Positions 8,725-18,011 of a stretch of DNA of 26,322 nt are shown here, piece by piece. Below the pieces are notes generated by a model that searched no databases, was not told the DNA's origin, and worked only from the letters and a program-made list of their open reading frames with translations. Source of the stretch: a candidate division WOR-3 bacterium (GTDB lineage Bacteria > Hydrothermota > Hydrothermia > LBFQ01); the NCBI GenBank assembly GCA_027050205.1, contig JALUCS010000122.1, forward strand, positions 1-26,322, read 5' to 3'. Both the position numbers and the translations under genes were made by a program. The number at the start of each line of letters is the position of its first letter. The stretch's first letter is position 1.

Positions 8725-9646
8725 GGTTGAGCTTCTCTATAGGCAGGAGCTTGCGGTTCTTTATCTCCTCCGCGAACTTCTTAACCTCCGAAACGTCCGT
8801 TGCCATAACAAAGGCAGGAACAGGTAAGCTCATACCCACGTGTTTGGCCATTATCTTCTTAGCCTCGTCCGGGTGCTGCTCTATGTAGTCTATAGCCATC
8901 TTCAGGGCCTTCCTTATACGCTTTATGGCCTCCTTGCGGAGGGAGACGTTTACGGCCGAGGTTATGCCCGACCCATCAACTATGTCCCCTTTGAAGACGA
9001 CGTCTTCGGCGAGGACGCGGTAGCCCTCCCTGTTCTTGAAGTAGGACAGGTAAGGCTCGGTCAGGTAGAGGGCGTCCACCCTACGGGTGTCAAGGGAGAC
9101 GTCCAGCTCGTCCAGGGACAGACCCACGAACTCTACCTTGGTCTCGGAAGTGTCGGTCGTATCCTTGGGAAGTAGGGAGGGAAGGACGGCGTCCAGTATT
9201 ACGTTGTGGCGGGTGTTCTGGTAGTATCCGATCCGCTTCCCTTTCAGGTCGGCGAGGCTCTTTATGGTCGTATCCTTGACGACTATACCGTCCCCTTTAC
9301 CCTTGGAGTAGTAGAGGAGGCGCACAAGCTTCATGTCGCCGCCCGTCTTCATCAGCATATAGGTGAAGTCCAAGCCGAAGGAGGCGTAGAGGGCGCCACT
9401 GACCGTATTGTCAAACTCGTCAAGAAGCTTATCCACCTCGTTGGGCTTGTACTTTATGCCCACCTCCTTGAAGAAGCCCTTCTCCTCCGCCACCCAGAAG
9501 GGCAAACTCCCTGCGTCCCTAACCGTCGCTATCTTTACTTCTATCTCCTTGGCCCTCTTTCCCGGCTGGGCTATGATATACACCAGGACCCCCGCGAGGA
9601 AGAGGTTTATGATGGTGAAAATGAGGTTCTGCGTCCGTAGGCTCAT
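8699..9646 (-). CDS. ABC transporter substrate-binding protein, SsuA/TauA/NMT1-like
   Basis: N-terminal TM anchor, PFWVAEEKGFFKEVG, IKSLADLKGKRIG, VDALYLTEPY, HPDEA motifs; TAGAAT 8 nt upstream. Confidence 0.82.
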   Translation of the reverse strand: MSLRTQNLIFTIINLFLAGVLVYIIAQPGKRAKEIEVKIATVRDAGSLPFWVAEEKGFFKEVGIKYKPNEVDKLLDEFDNTVSGALYASFGLDFTYMLMKTGGDMKLVRLLYYSKGKGDGIVVKDTTIKSLADLKGKRIGYYQNTRHNVILDAVLPSLLPKDTTDTSETKVEFVGLSLDELDVSLDTRRVDALYLTEPYLSYFKNREGYRVLAEDVVFKGDIVDGSGITSAVNVSLRKEAIKRIRKALKMAIDYIEQHPDEAKKIMAKHVGMSLPVPAFVMATDVSEVKKFAEEIKNRKLLPIEKLNLDNLTSEK

Positions 9647-9745
9647 AGACGGCTATTCTAAACCCGCCTTGAGGAACGGGGGGAGCCTAAGACGATTTGG
9701 CCACACACCGGGTACGGTCCCCCTTTACCCCCTTAAACTACAGCG

Positions 9746-10348
9746 ATGGGTACTCGGACGATGGTAGTGGCAGGGGTAGGAGGTCAGGGGATAATGCTCG
9801 CCTCCCGAATATTCACCGAAGCCCTCTTCCGCATGGGGTACGACGTCAAGCAGGCGGAGGTCCATGGCCTCTCACAGAGGGGCGGCAGCGTTATGACCTA
9901 CGTACGGTGGGGGGAGAAGGTGTGGTCGCCTATAACGGGGAACTTCGGGGCGGACTACCTCGTGGCCCTGGAGGAGTTAGAGGCCCTCCGCTACCTCCAT
10001 CTCGTAAAACCCAATGGGGTCGTCCTCATAAACCGGTACCGCTTCGTACCTATGTCCGTCTCCTCCGGCTTAAGGGGGCCGGACGGCAAACCCTACACCT
10101 ATCCCGATAACGTACCCGACATAGTCCGTAGGAACGTTGCCAACGCGCACGTGATAGACGCCCTCTCGGTAGCCATGGAGCTGGGGAACGCGAGGGTTAT
10201 GAACGTGGTGGTTGTGGGGGCGGCGGCGAGGCTGTTCGGCCTTAATAGGAGGGCGGTTGAGGAGACCGTGGCCGAGAGGGTCCCCCGACGGTACAGGGAC
10301 ATCAACTTAGAGGCTTTCCGTAGAGGATGGGAAGCAGCCCTGCCCTGA
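9746..10348 (+). CDS. iorB: indolepyruvate:ferredoxin oxidoreductase beta subunit
   Basis: AGVGGQGIMLAS, EVHGLSQRGGSV, EELEALRY, LGNARVMNVVVVGA, NLEAFRRG. Confidence 0.9.
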   Translation: MGTRTMVVAGVGGQGIMLASRIFTEALFRMGYDVKQAEVHGLSQRGGSVMTYVRWGEKVWSPITGNFGADYLVALEELEALRYLHLVKPNGVVLINRYRFVPMSVSSGLRGPDGKPYTYPDNVPDIVRRNVANAHVIDALSVAMELGNARVMNVVVVGAAARLFGLNRRAVEETVAERVPRRYRDINLEAFRRGWEAALP

Positions 10349-10400
10349 TTTCCCCCTCCGCAGGGATACCGGCTCCCCCACCACCCTATAATACCAGCCT

Positions 10401-10832
10401 ATGTATAACCGTAGGAAGGGTATGGTTAAATGGGCCTTCAGCGGAAAGTACAACCTTGAAGCCTACCTCTTCATCCTCCACAGGATAACGGGTCTCGCCC
10501 TCATCTTCTACCTTCCCCTGCACATAATCGTGACCAGTATGCGGATCTTCGGGCCGGAGAGTTGGAAGGCCACGATGAACACGGTCGCCTCCAGCCCCAT
10601 AGCCCACATCGGTGAGTGGCTCCTCGTCGTCGCCGTCGCCTTCCACGCCCTCAACGGCCTCCGCCTCATCATCACGGAGTTGGGTATGCTGATAGGTCGC
10701 CCGTCCCGTCCCACCTACCCCTACAGGAACTCCATAGACAGGCAGAGGGTCCTTAGCTGGACGGTAATGGTCCTTAGCGCCATCTTCATAGTGTGGAGCC
10801 TCGTAGCCTTCAGCCCCCGACTATTCCACTGA
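10401..10832 (+). CDS. sdhC: succinate dehydrogenase cytochrome b556 subunit
   Basis: ILHRITG, YLPLH and FHALNGLRL heme-ligand motifs; three TM helices; TATAAT 8 nt upstream. Confidence 0.88.
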   Translation: MYNRRKGMVKWAFSGKYNLEAYLFILHRITGLALIFYLPLHIIVTSMRIFGPESWKATMNTVASSPIAHIGEWLLVVAVAFHALNGLRLIITELGMLIGRPSRPTYPYRNSIDRQRVLSWTVMVLSAIFIVWSLVAFSPRLFH

Positions 10833-11365
10833 TGCGGCTCTTCCTCGCCGTGGAGGTCAGCGAGGAGGTGAGGGAGGAGTTGGGGAGGTTGGGAAGGAGG
10901 CTCAAGGGGGAGTTCCCCAGTATCAAGGTGGTTCCTCCCGCGAACTTGCACATCACCTTGAGGTTCTTCGGGGAGGTGGAGGACAGGGTGGCCTCCCTCA
11001 TAAGCTCCAAGTTGAGGGGCCTACCGATGGGGGGACGGTTTTCCGTAAGGCTGGGGAAGGTGGGAGGGTTTCCGAGCCGCTTCGGGGCGAGGGTCGTATG
11101 GGTCGGGTTAGAAAACGAGGAACGGTTGGCGGATTTGAGCGACCGCCTTGACTCCCTCCTTGGGGCAGCCCCTATTCCACCGAGGGACAAACCCTTCGTA
11201 GCCCACATAACCGTGGCGAGGAGCCGACGACCCGTGAACGTGGAGGGGTTCTCGGTTAGGCCCCTTGAGTTTGAGATCAGGAGGGTGGTACTCTACAGGA
11301 GCATACTCGCAAAGCCCAACGCCATATACGAACCCTTGGATTACTACTACCTTGGTGGTCCTTGA
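10832..11365 (+). CDS. thpR: RNA 2',3'-cyclic phosphodiesterase (2H phosphoesterase)
   Basis: MRLFLAV start overlapping the sdhC stop (TGATG), NLHITLRFFG and FVAHITVAR HxT motifs, LYRS. Confidence 0.92.
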   Translation: MRLFLAVEVSEEVREELGRLGRRLKGEFPSIKVVPPANLHITLRFFGEVEDRVASLISSKLRGLPMGGRFSVRLGKVGGFPSRFGARVVWVGLENEERLADLSDRLDSLLGAAPIPPRDKPFVAHITVARSRRPVNVEGFSVRPLEFEIRRVVLYRSILAKPNAIYEPLDYYYLGGP

Positions 11366-12212
11366 TACGGTGGTGATCCTCACGTCCCTCCTCTGGAGGG
11401 GTGGGGTTTGGAGGTACTCCTTCTACGCCGCACCGGGCGATACCATACTGATAAGCGTAAAGGCGGACGGTATGCTTGACGCAGCGTACTTTGGGGAGTT
11501 CGGTAAGGAGCCGACCCTCTCGGAGATATACACGGACAGCGTCCGGTGGAGGTACGTAAGCGACACCCTCAAACCCTTAACTTTGGAGATCCGCCGTAGG
11601 GGTCTGTACGTCAAGGTAAAGGCGAGGGTGAGGGTTGAGAGGCGTCCCCTACCCCGATGGAGGGACTTCAACACCCGCCTTAAGGTCGTAAAGGTGAGGG
11701 TACCCTACACCGACACCCTGTGGGACACCACCTATACGGCGATAGGTAGGTGGGAGGTTTTCCTACCTCCCCAGACGGACATCTTCTTCGGAAACACCTT
11801 TGGCAAATCCCCTGTGTTTCACCTTGAGGGGCCGACCGCCGGCGTCCTCCTGTTCGTCGCTCCCGTTGAGGTGGACGACTCCCTCCGCTTCAGGTACGGT
11901 GATGCCTTCCTTGAGAACCCCTTCCACAGGTCGGAGGTCTGCAAGGCCTTCAGGTACGGCCACCTGGACGTATCCATCGTGGATTACGAGGGATACGAGA
12001 ACGCCAAGGCGGGGTACGACTTCCGGCCCATAGAGGCCTTCACCGGCGTAGGGGTGGGTTGCTTTACGGCGGATCTCCCCCCCGGCACCTACGCCTTTAT
12101 CCTCGTAAATAGGGCCAACGAGACCGAGGACGTGGTCGTACGTATCCTGAACCGGAAACTCCTCCCCGTCGTAGTGACCCGCTACAGGGTGATAGAGAAA
12201 CCTTCCCGCTGA
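11352..12212 (+). CDS. hypothetical beta-rich protein (start uncertain)
   Basis: Long ORF with genome-typical codon usage, overlapping the thpR end and coupled (TGATG) to the next gene. Confidence 0.6.
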   Translation: MVVLDTVVILTSLLWRGGVWRYSFYAAPGDTILISVKADGMLDAAYFGEFGKEPTLSEIYTDSVRWRYVSDTLKPLTLEIRRRGLYVKVKARVRVERRPLPRWRDFNTRLKVVKVRVPYTDTLWDTTYTAIGRWEVFLPPQTDIFFGNTFGKSPVFHLEGPTAGVLLFVAPVEVDDSLRFRYGDAFLENPFHRSEVCKAFRYGHLDVSIVDYEGYENAKAGYDFRPIEAFTGVGVGCFTADLPPGTYAFILVNRANETEDVVVRILNRKLLPVVVTRYRVIEKPSR

Positions 12213-13072
12213 TGCAGGTCCTCTGGGTCTTCTCCCACGGTTCCCCCGTCTTCGCCATAGACTGGGGCAAGAGGTCCATAGTCGCCGTAGATATGCGGGG
12301 AAGGGTCCACGTCTGGTCGGATACGGGGTCGCAGAAGAAGACCGAGTTCCCCACCGCCGTAGTAAATCCCAAGGTCGTAAGGCTCTGGAGGTCCGGGAGC
12401 CGGTTGGCCATCGGTGGTAGCGCCGTCGCCGTATATACCTTGGCCGGTACTCGCGTCCATTACTACAAGAACTCCTCCTCCACCAACGACCTCGTTTGGC
12501 TCCCCGATGGTCGGATACTCGCCGCCCAGAACAAGGGGCTTCTCCTCCTGAACCCGGCGGACGGTAAAGCCGTTGAGGTTAGCAATCCGAGGGGGTGCGC
12601 CTTCACGGCTATAGCCTCCTCACCCGACGGGAAACGTTTCGCCACGGGTACCTGCGACGGATTCGTGGACGTGTGGTTCGCCGATACCCTCGTACCCTAC
12701 CGAACCCTGAAGTTCAACTCCCCCATCGCCGACCTATTTTGGAGTAAGGACGGCCGGACGTTAGCTGTAGCTACGGACGAAGGGATATACCTGTACTCCA
12801 CGGCCGGGTGGGAACTTACGGACAGCATCCTGCGGGGTACCTACGGTGTGAGGTTCGTCTCCCTCTCCTACGATGGCCGCTTCGTAGCCTACGGGGGGAA
12901 GGACGAGGTTCCCCGCCTGTACGACAGAAAGCGGAGGGTAATATACGAGGGGCAGCCCTTCTTCCACTGGATAACGGCGGGGGACTGGGAGGAGGCCGGA
13001 TTCCGCTTCGTGATGGTGGATGCGGATGGCCACGCCCGCGTTATGAAGGTGCGGACGGAGGCGTTGAGATAG
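12212..13072 (+). CDS. WD40-repeat beta-propeller protein
   Basis: Repeats such as AIASSPDGKRFATGTCDGFVDVW, WSKDGRTLAVA, LSYDGRFVAYGGKD. Confidence 0.85.
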   Translation: MQVLWVFSHGSPVFAIDWGKRSIVAVDMRGRVHVWSDTGSQKKTEFPTAVVNPKVVRLWRSGSRLAIGGSAVAVYTLAGTRVHYYKNSSSTNDLVWLPDGRILAAQNKGLLLLNPADGKAVEVSNPRGCAFTAIASSPDGKRFATGTCDGFVDVWFADTLVPYRTLKFNSPIADLFWSKDGRTLAVATDEGIYLYSTAGWELTDSILRGTYGVRFVSLSYDGRFVAYGGKDEVPRLYDRKRRVIYEGQPFFHWITAGDWEEAGFRFVMVDADGHARVMKVRTEALR

Positions 13073-13073
13073 G

Positions 13074-14444
13074 TCACCGGCCTATGAACTTACCGCCCCC
13101 CTTGAGGTAAATCCCCCTCGGAAGGGTTCCCGTTCGCCTCCTCCCCGATACGTCGTAAGTCGGCCCACCATCGGGCCTGTCCACCCTACGGCTCTCCCCC
13201 ACCCTTAGGGAGGAGAGCGGGACGACGGCGAAATATACGTCAAGGTGGGAGGTGGTGTCCCGGAGGTCCCCCCACACCACGTAGATGGCCGTATCCCCGA
13301 AAGCGCAGGAGAGGAAGTCGTTCCCGGAGATGGTAAGGAGGGTGTCGTACTGCGAGGGGGAGCCGGAGACGACGAAGTTGGGGCCGAAGGTGTATCCCCC
13401 ATCGCTGGAGAGGGTGCCGTAGATCTCAAAGGGGACGGCCCTCCCCGTACCACCGTTCCTCCTGTCCCTCCAGAAGAAGGCCACGAGGCTGTCCCTCGCA
13501 CACCCCCAGAGCATATCCTGATAGGCCCCGTTCCCGACGGGGTCGTCGTTGAGGCGGAAGGGGGAGTCCCAGGTGAGGCCACCGTCCCCGCTCCTCTGGG
13601 CCACGGCGTCCGGATCCCCGAAGGTGGCGTCTATGCGGGTTGCGATTAGGAGGCCGGAGGAGGGAACTCGTACGAGGGGACTCCCCTTCTTCAGGAGGGT
13701 GTCGGATACAGCGGCCGATGTGAGGTCGGCGATAGTGTGGTAGGAGAAGGTCGCCCCTCCATCGCTGCTCACCGCCAGCATATGCCTCGGAAGGGGGTAG
13801 GAGTCGGGGTTGTAGGAGAAGTAGCCGATGTAGAGGGTGCTGTCCCCGGCGAGGGCTATCTGCCCCATGGACCTAACGTACGCAGGGTAGTTGTAGGAGT
13901 CCCCCACCTCCGTAAGGGGTCCCCAGGTGACCCCGCCGTCATAGGAGGCCTTGACGTAAAGATGGTAAGGGGGCGTTGCCCCCGCGACTTTGGCCTCAAG
14001 GGTGGTGATGTACAGATGTGGGCCGGAGACGGCCAACCAGGGCCTGTCTATGGGGTAGTCCGGGGCCTCGTCGTACCGGACGACTATCCGGGGTGCGGAC
14101 CACGTTGCTCCGCCGTCTATGGACGTCGTCAGGACCACGAAACCGGAGTCCGTGTTGTAGTCGGCGTACGCGAGGTACAGAGTGCCATCCTCGCCGAAGG
14201 CTAGGGTGGGGTCGGCCGACCTGAAGCCGCTGACCACGTGGGGCATAAAGTGGGTGCTGGACCACGTGAGACCCCCGTCCGTTGAGTACCGTACGGCTAT
14301 GACGGACGTACCGAATGCCGCGCTCAACCACGCCACCACGATATTATCCGGGGCAGTCGGATTGACGGCCACCACGGGTTCCCCATCAAAGGTGGGGGAG
14401 CTGGACAGATTTACCTCGTAGAAGGAGAGGAGTATCCACACCAT
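13074..14444 (-). CDS. BNR/Asp-box (sialidase-like) beta-propeller protein with short T9SS-like C-terminal motif
   Basis: Six SxDGGxT(W/F) Asp-boxes, DRPW motif, C-terminal YDVSGRR...LPRGIYL. Confidence 0.85.
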   Translation of the reverse strand: MVWILLSFYEVNLSSSPTFDGEPVVAVNPTAPDNIVVAWLSAAFGTSVIAVRYSTDGGLTWSSTHFMPHVVSGFRSADPTLAFGEDGTLYLAYADYNTDSGFVVLTTSIDGGATWSAPRIVVRYDEAPDYPIDRPWLAVSGPHLYITTLEAKVAGATPPYHLYVKASYDGGVTWGPLTEVGDSYNYPAYVRSMGQIALAGDSTLYIGYFSYNPDSYPLPRHMLAVSSDGGATFSYHTIADLTSAAVSDTLLKKGSPLVRVPSSGLLIATRIDATFGDPDAVAQRSGDGGLTWDSPFRLNDDPVGNGAYQDMLWGCARDSLVAFFWRDRRNGGTGRAVPFEIYGTLSSDGGYTFGPNFVVSGSPSQYDTLLTISGNDFLSCAFGDTAIYVVWGDLRDTTSHLDVYFAVVPLSSLRVGESRRVDRPDGGPTYDVSGRRRTGTLPRGIYLKGGGKFIGR

Positions 14445-14469
14445 TGAATATTGGACCCTAAGATGTTCC

Positions 14470-15636
14470 CTAAGACTTCGGCCAGTTCCGGAACCAGACG
14501 TCCCTCTGGGGGAAGGGTATCTCTATGCCCTCCTCGTCGTACCTCCTCTTCACCCGCTTTATGAACTCGTGCCGCATCAGGAAGACCGCATCGGCGGAGA
14601 TGGCCTTCAGGACGACTACGAAGTTTATGGAGGAGTCCCCGAACTCCCTGTAGCGGAGTATAGGCTCCCAGTTGGCCAACTCCTCCGCTAACCTCTCAAA
14701 GGCCCTCATCTCCTCCTCCAACCTTTGCCTCTCGCTCTCCTTCACCGTAGCGACCCTCTCCCTGTACTGGGCCAGAATCCTATCGGCCGCGGCGAGGGTT
14801 ACCTCCCTCTGGACCTCCCTGGCCACCTCAAGGGTCACCCTCTCCACGAAGTCCAGGTCCGACCCGTAGGCCACGCCCATGGGTACGGGTACCCCCCTCG
14901 GCTTCTCCAGAAGATCGTAGTTTATGAGGATGGAGGAGGCGAGCTTGGAGTTGGGTACTATAACGATGTTGTTGGCTATGGTCCTTATCAGGGTGTTCCG
15001 CCAGGTCATCTCCTCAACGAAGCCCTCCTCCCCGTTCTCCAGTTTGACGTAGTCTCCCTTCCTTATCTGGCGGGACATTATGACGTTGAGGCCGGCGAAG
15101 AGGTTGCTTAGGGAGTCTTGAAGGGCGAGGGCTACAGCGAGACCCCCAACACCGAGGGCAGTCAGTATGGGGGTAACGGATATGCCCCCACTCTCCAGAG
15201 CCACGAGAATGGCAACCGTGAGGATAGTGAGCTTAACGATGGACTTTAGGATGCCGGTGGGGACCTCCTCCGGGAACTGCTGGACGTAGGAGTCTATGGC
15301 GTGATTTATCACCTCGGCCAGGACCCAGGCGATGGCGAGGATTATGCCGGCGAGGATGCCAACGTTGTAGAGGTGTAGAAGGCGAGGAGGGAACTTGTTG
15401 GATAGATAGGTAGCATTCACCGACAGATACAAGGCGGCGAGGAAAGCCAAGAAGAGGACAACCCGGTTTATGGCCCCTATGAGGACGTCGTCGGCTTTGG
15501 TGGCTGTCCTCTCGGTTAGCTTTCGCATCGCCCGGAGTACGATGAGGTCAAGGATCACGCCGAGCGACAGCGTGCTTACGAAGATGAGGAGGGGGGAAAG
15601 CGCACGCAGAAACCCCCAAACGGCATCCGCCCCCAT
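14470..15636 (-). CDS. MscS-family mechanosensitive channel
   Basis: LGVGGLAVALALQDSLSNLFAG, GDYV, VPNSKL, GVAYGSD, FGDSSINF, GIEIPFPQR. Start moved to ATG 15636, 8 nt after TAGAAT (15645-15650). Confidence 0.93.
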   Translation of the reverse strand: MGADAVWGFLRALSPLLIFVSTLSLGVILDLIVLRAMRKLTERTATKADDVLIGAINRVVLFLAFLAALYLSVNATYLSNKFPPRLLHLYNVGILAGIILAIAWVLAEVINHAIDSYVQQFPEEVPTGILKSIVKLTILTVAILVALESGGISVTPILTALGVGGLAVALALQDSLSNLFAGLNVIMSRQIRKGDYVKLENGEEGFVEEMTWRNTLIRTIANNIVIVPNSKLASSILINYDLLEKPRGVPVPMGVAYGSDLDFVERVTLEVAREVQREVTLAAADRILAQYRERVATVKESERQRLEEEMRAFERLAEELANWEPILRYREFGDSSINFVVVLKAISADAVFLMRHEFIKRVKRRYDEEGIEIPFPQRDVWFRNWPKS

Positions 15637-15783
15637 AAGCGGGAATTCTACGGGGGAGAGTTTCCGCATCCGCTGCCGGTGAGAAATAAGGGAAGTCGCC
15701 CGAGCTTCTTCCAATTACCGACCGTCTCACTTTTCAAAAGTATTTATGTAAAAGTGCAACACCCTAACCGAGGTGGGAGGCCC

Positions 15784-16341
15784 TCATTTGAAGATCTCCT
15801 TAAGGTTTATCTCCAGCCCTTCCAATACCTTACTCTTAACCTTTCCCTCGCCCTCGGCTACGTTGAAGAGGTCGTACTTCCCCTCATCGTTCAACACCCA
15901 CACCTCAACGGCCTTTTCTTCAGGATACACGATCCAGTACTCCTTGACCCCAAACCTTTCGTAGATGCTCTTCTTAACGACCGTATCCCTCCGCACCGTA
16001 GCGGGAGATATTATCTCAACGACCAAGTCCGGAGGTCCCATTATAGCCTTCTCGCCAATTATCCCAAGCCTCTCCTTGGAGATGAAGACTATGTCTGGCT
16101 GGAGAACGTACCTATCCCCCAAGACTACGTCTATAGGAGCGTAGAAAAATTCCCCATCTTTCAAAAACCTCGCCAGTAATAGGGAAATCTTCCTTGATAT
16201 GGCCTGATGCCAGGGTGTAGGTGCAGGCATTTCTTTCAACCTCCCGTTTATAACCTCGTATCGTTTGTCATCTGTAAGGCGGAGGTAATCCTCGTAGGTC
16301 CAAACCTTCCTTTTAGGTCTTTCAACAACGGTCTCCCTCAT
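15784..16341 (-). CDS. Uma2/DUF820-family putative endonuclease (array copy 6, last)
   Basis: TYEDY, YEVINGRL, PAPxxxHQ, QPDI, PDLVVEIISP, GVKEYWIV. Confidence 0.92.
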   Translation of the reverse strand: MRETVVERPKRKVWTYEDYLRLTDDKRYEVINGRLKEMPAPTPWHQAISRKISLLLARFLKDGEFFYAPIDVVLGDRYVLQPDIVFISKERLGIIGEKAIMGPPDLVVEIISPATVRRDTVVKKSIYERFGVKEYWIVYPEEKAVEVWVLNDEGKYDLFNVAEGEGKVKSKVLEGLEINLKEIFK

Positions 16342-16357
16342 TTCAACACCTCCTCAA
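16274..16357. repeat. 84-bp direct repeat of 18507-18590 (one mismatch) spanning Uma2 gene junctions
   Basis: Base-by-base comparison; only 16332 T vs 18565 C differs. Confidence 0.9.
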
Positions 16358-16898
16358 CCTTCACCTTAAACCCTTTCAGGACACAGGAGGAAACCTCTCC
16401 CCTTTCAACTGCAAAAGAGTGTAAAATGTATTTGCCATCCCTTAAGCACCAGACCTCAACAACCTTATGTTCCGGATACACCAACCAGTACTCTTTGACC
16501 CCATACCTCTCATAGAGTACGAACTTATCGTATCTGTCCCTCTTGTAGCTGGTAGGTGACACGATTTCAACCACCAAGTCGGGGGAGCCGAATACACGCT
16601 CCTTCACCATACCCAACCTTTCTTTGGAGACGAATAGGATGTCCGGTTGTACAACAGTCGTTTCTGAAAGGATAACATCAACGGGTGAGGGCAGAACCAT
16701 ACCCGATGAGTTCTGCGATGCAAAGAGGTAAAACCTCGTCGCTATACTTATAAGTATCCTTTGATGCTGTGCCGTAGGTGCGGGCATCTCGTACAACCTC
16801 CCGTTTATGACCTCGTACCGTTTGTCATCTGTAAGTTTCAAGTAGTCCTCGTAGGTTAAAACCTTCTCCTTCGGTCTATCAACTACCGTTTCCATCAT
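16338..16898 (-). CDS. Uma2/DUF820-family putative endonuclease (copy 5)
   Basis: Same motif set; AAGGAGG SD ends 6 nt before ATG 16898. Confidence 0.92.
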   Translation of the reverse strand: MMETVVDRPKEKVLTYEDYLKLTDDKRYEVINGRLYEMPAPTAQHQRILISIATRFYLFASQNSSGMVLPSPVDVILSETTVVQPDILFVSKERLGMVKERVFGSPDLVVEIVSPTSYKRDRYDKFVLYERYGVKEYWLVYPEHKVVEVWCLRDGKYILHSFAVERGEVSSCVLKGFKVKVEEVLK

Positions 16899-17451
16899 CT
16901 TCAACCTCCTTCAGTAGGTCCTTGAGTCTGAACTTCACCCCCTCCAGAAGCTCCACCTCTCCATCTTCACCGAAGACCTTGAGACCCCCTTCAGCGACCA
17001 CCACCACCTCCCTATCCTCCGGGAAGACCCAAACCTGCCTCTTCACCCCCCACCTCCTGTAGTCCTCCATCTTCTCAAGGATGTAGGGTGGGCTGTCAGA
17101 TGGGGAGACTACCTCAACTATCAAATCTGGCGGCACCTCTATGGCTCCCTTCGGAACGCCCTTTAACCTGTCCTTCCTTACGGCCACCACGTCCGCCCCA
17201 CGGAGAGTCAAAGGGGAACGGGAGAGTAATAATCCAACTTCACCGGATGCGACCCAATATCGGGCTGTTAGCTTGCTCCGTAAAACCGTGGTCAGGTAAG
17301 ATTCTATGTACCCGTGAGCGAAACCCGTAGGCATCTTTCTGACCTCCTTGCCTCTTACAACTTCCGAGACCTCCGCCGGTATCCTACCGCTTAGATAGTC
17401 CTCGTAGGTCCAAATCCTCTCCTTCGGTCTTTCAAGTACGGCCTCCTTCAT
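16879..17451 (-). CDS. Uma2/DUF820-family putative endonuclease, divergent subfamily (copy 4)
   Basis: TYEDY, MPTGFAHG, RGADV, PPDLIVEVVSPSD, KMEDYRRWGV. Confidence 0.88.
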   Translation of the reverse strand: MKEAVLERPKERIWTYEDYLSGRIPAEVSEVVRGKEVRKMPTGFAHGYIESYLTTVLRSKLTARYWVASGEVGLLLSRSPLTLRGADVVAVRKDRLKGVPKGAIEVPPDLIVEVVSPSDSPPYILEKMEDYRRWGVKRQVWVFPEDREVVVVAEGGLKVFGEDGEVELLEGVKFRLKDLLKEVEDDGNGS

Positions 17452-18011
17452 TTCAGCACCTCCTCAACCTTAACCTTAAAGTCCTTTAAGACGCAGGACT
17501 CAACCTCCCCGCTGCCAACGGCGATGCTGTGTAGCACGTACTTGCCGTCCTTCAAACACCAAACTTCAATCGCCTTCAGTTCCGGATACACTATCCAGTA
17601 CTCTTTGACTCCATACCTCTCGTACAGGGCGAACTTATCGTATCGGTCCCTTACGTAGCTCGTGGGGGAAACTATCTCAACCACCAAGTCCGGGGGGCCA
17701 AAGAGACGGCCGTTTTTGATGTTCTTCAGGTTATCGCTGGATATGAAAACTATATCGGGCTGGACGACGACCGTCTCGGAAAGGATAACGTCAAAGGGGG
17801 CGTCTATGACCTGTCCGATCCCCCCCTCCCTTACGTATTTCCAGAAGAGAAACTCTAAATCCCGTGAGATAACTTGATGTTCAAAGGATGGAGCCGGCAT
17901 TTCCTCCAACCTCCCGTTTATCAACTCGTACCTCTTATCATCGTTAAGGCGAAGGTAGTCCTCGTAAGTCAAAACCCTCTCCTTCGGCCTTTCAAGGACA
18001 GTTTCCCTCAT
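17448..18011 (-). CDS. Uma2/DUF820-family putative endonuclease (copy 3)
   Basis: Same motif set; ATGA overlap with neighbours. Confidence 0.92.
   Translation of the reverse strand: MRETVLERPKERVLTYEDYLRLNDDKRYELINGRLEEMPAPSFEHQVISRDLEFLFWKYVREGGIGQVIDAPFDVILSETVVVQPDIVFISSDNLKNIKNGRLFGPPDLVVEIVSPTSYVRDRYDKFALYERYGVKEYWIVYPELKAIEVWCLKDGKYVLHSIAVGSGEVESCVLKDFKVKVEEVLK

Noticed and set aside
15728..15756. CACTTTT...AAAAGTG inverted repeat after the Uma2 array as a mobile-element end or terminator
   Set aside because: Weak AT-rich stem without a U-tract; no matching end or target duplication found at the other side
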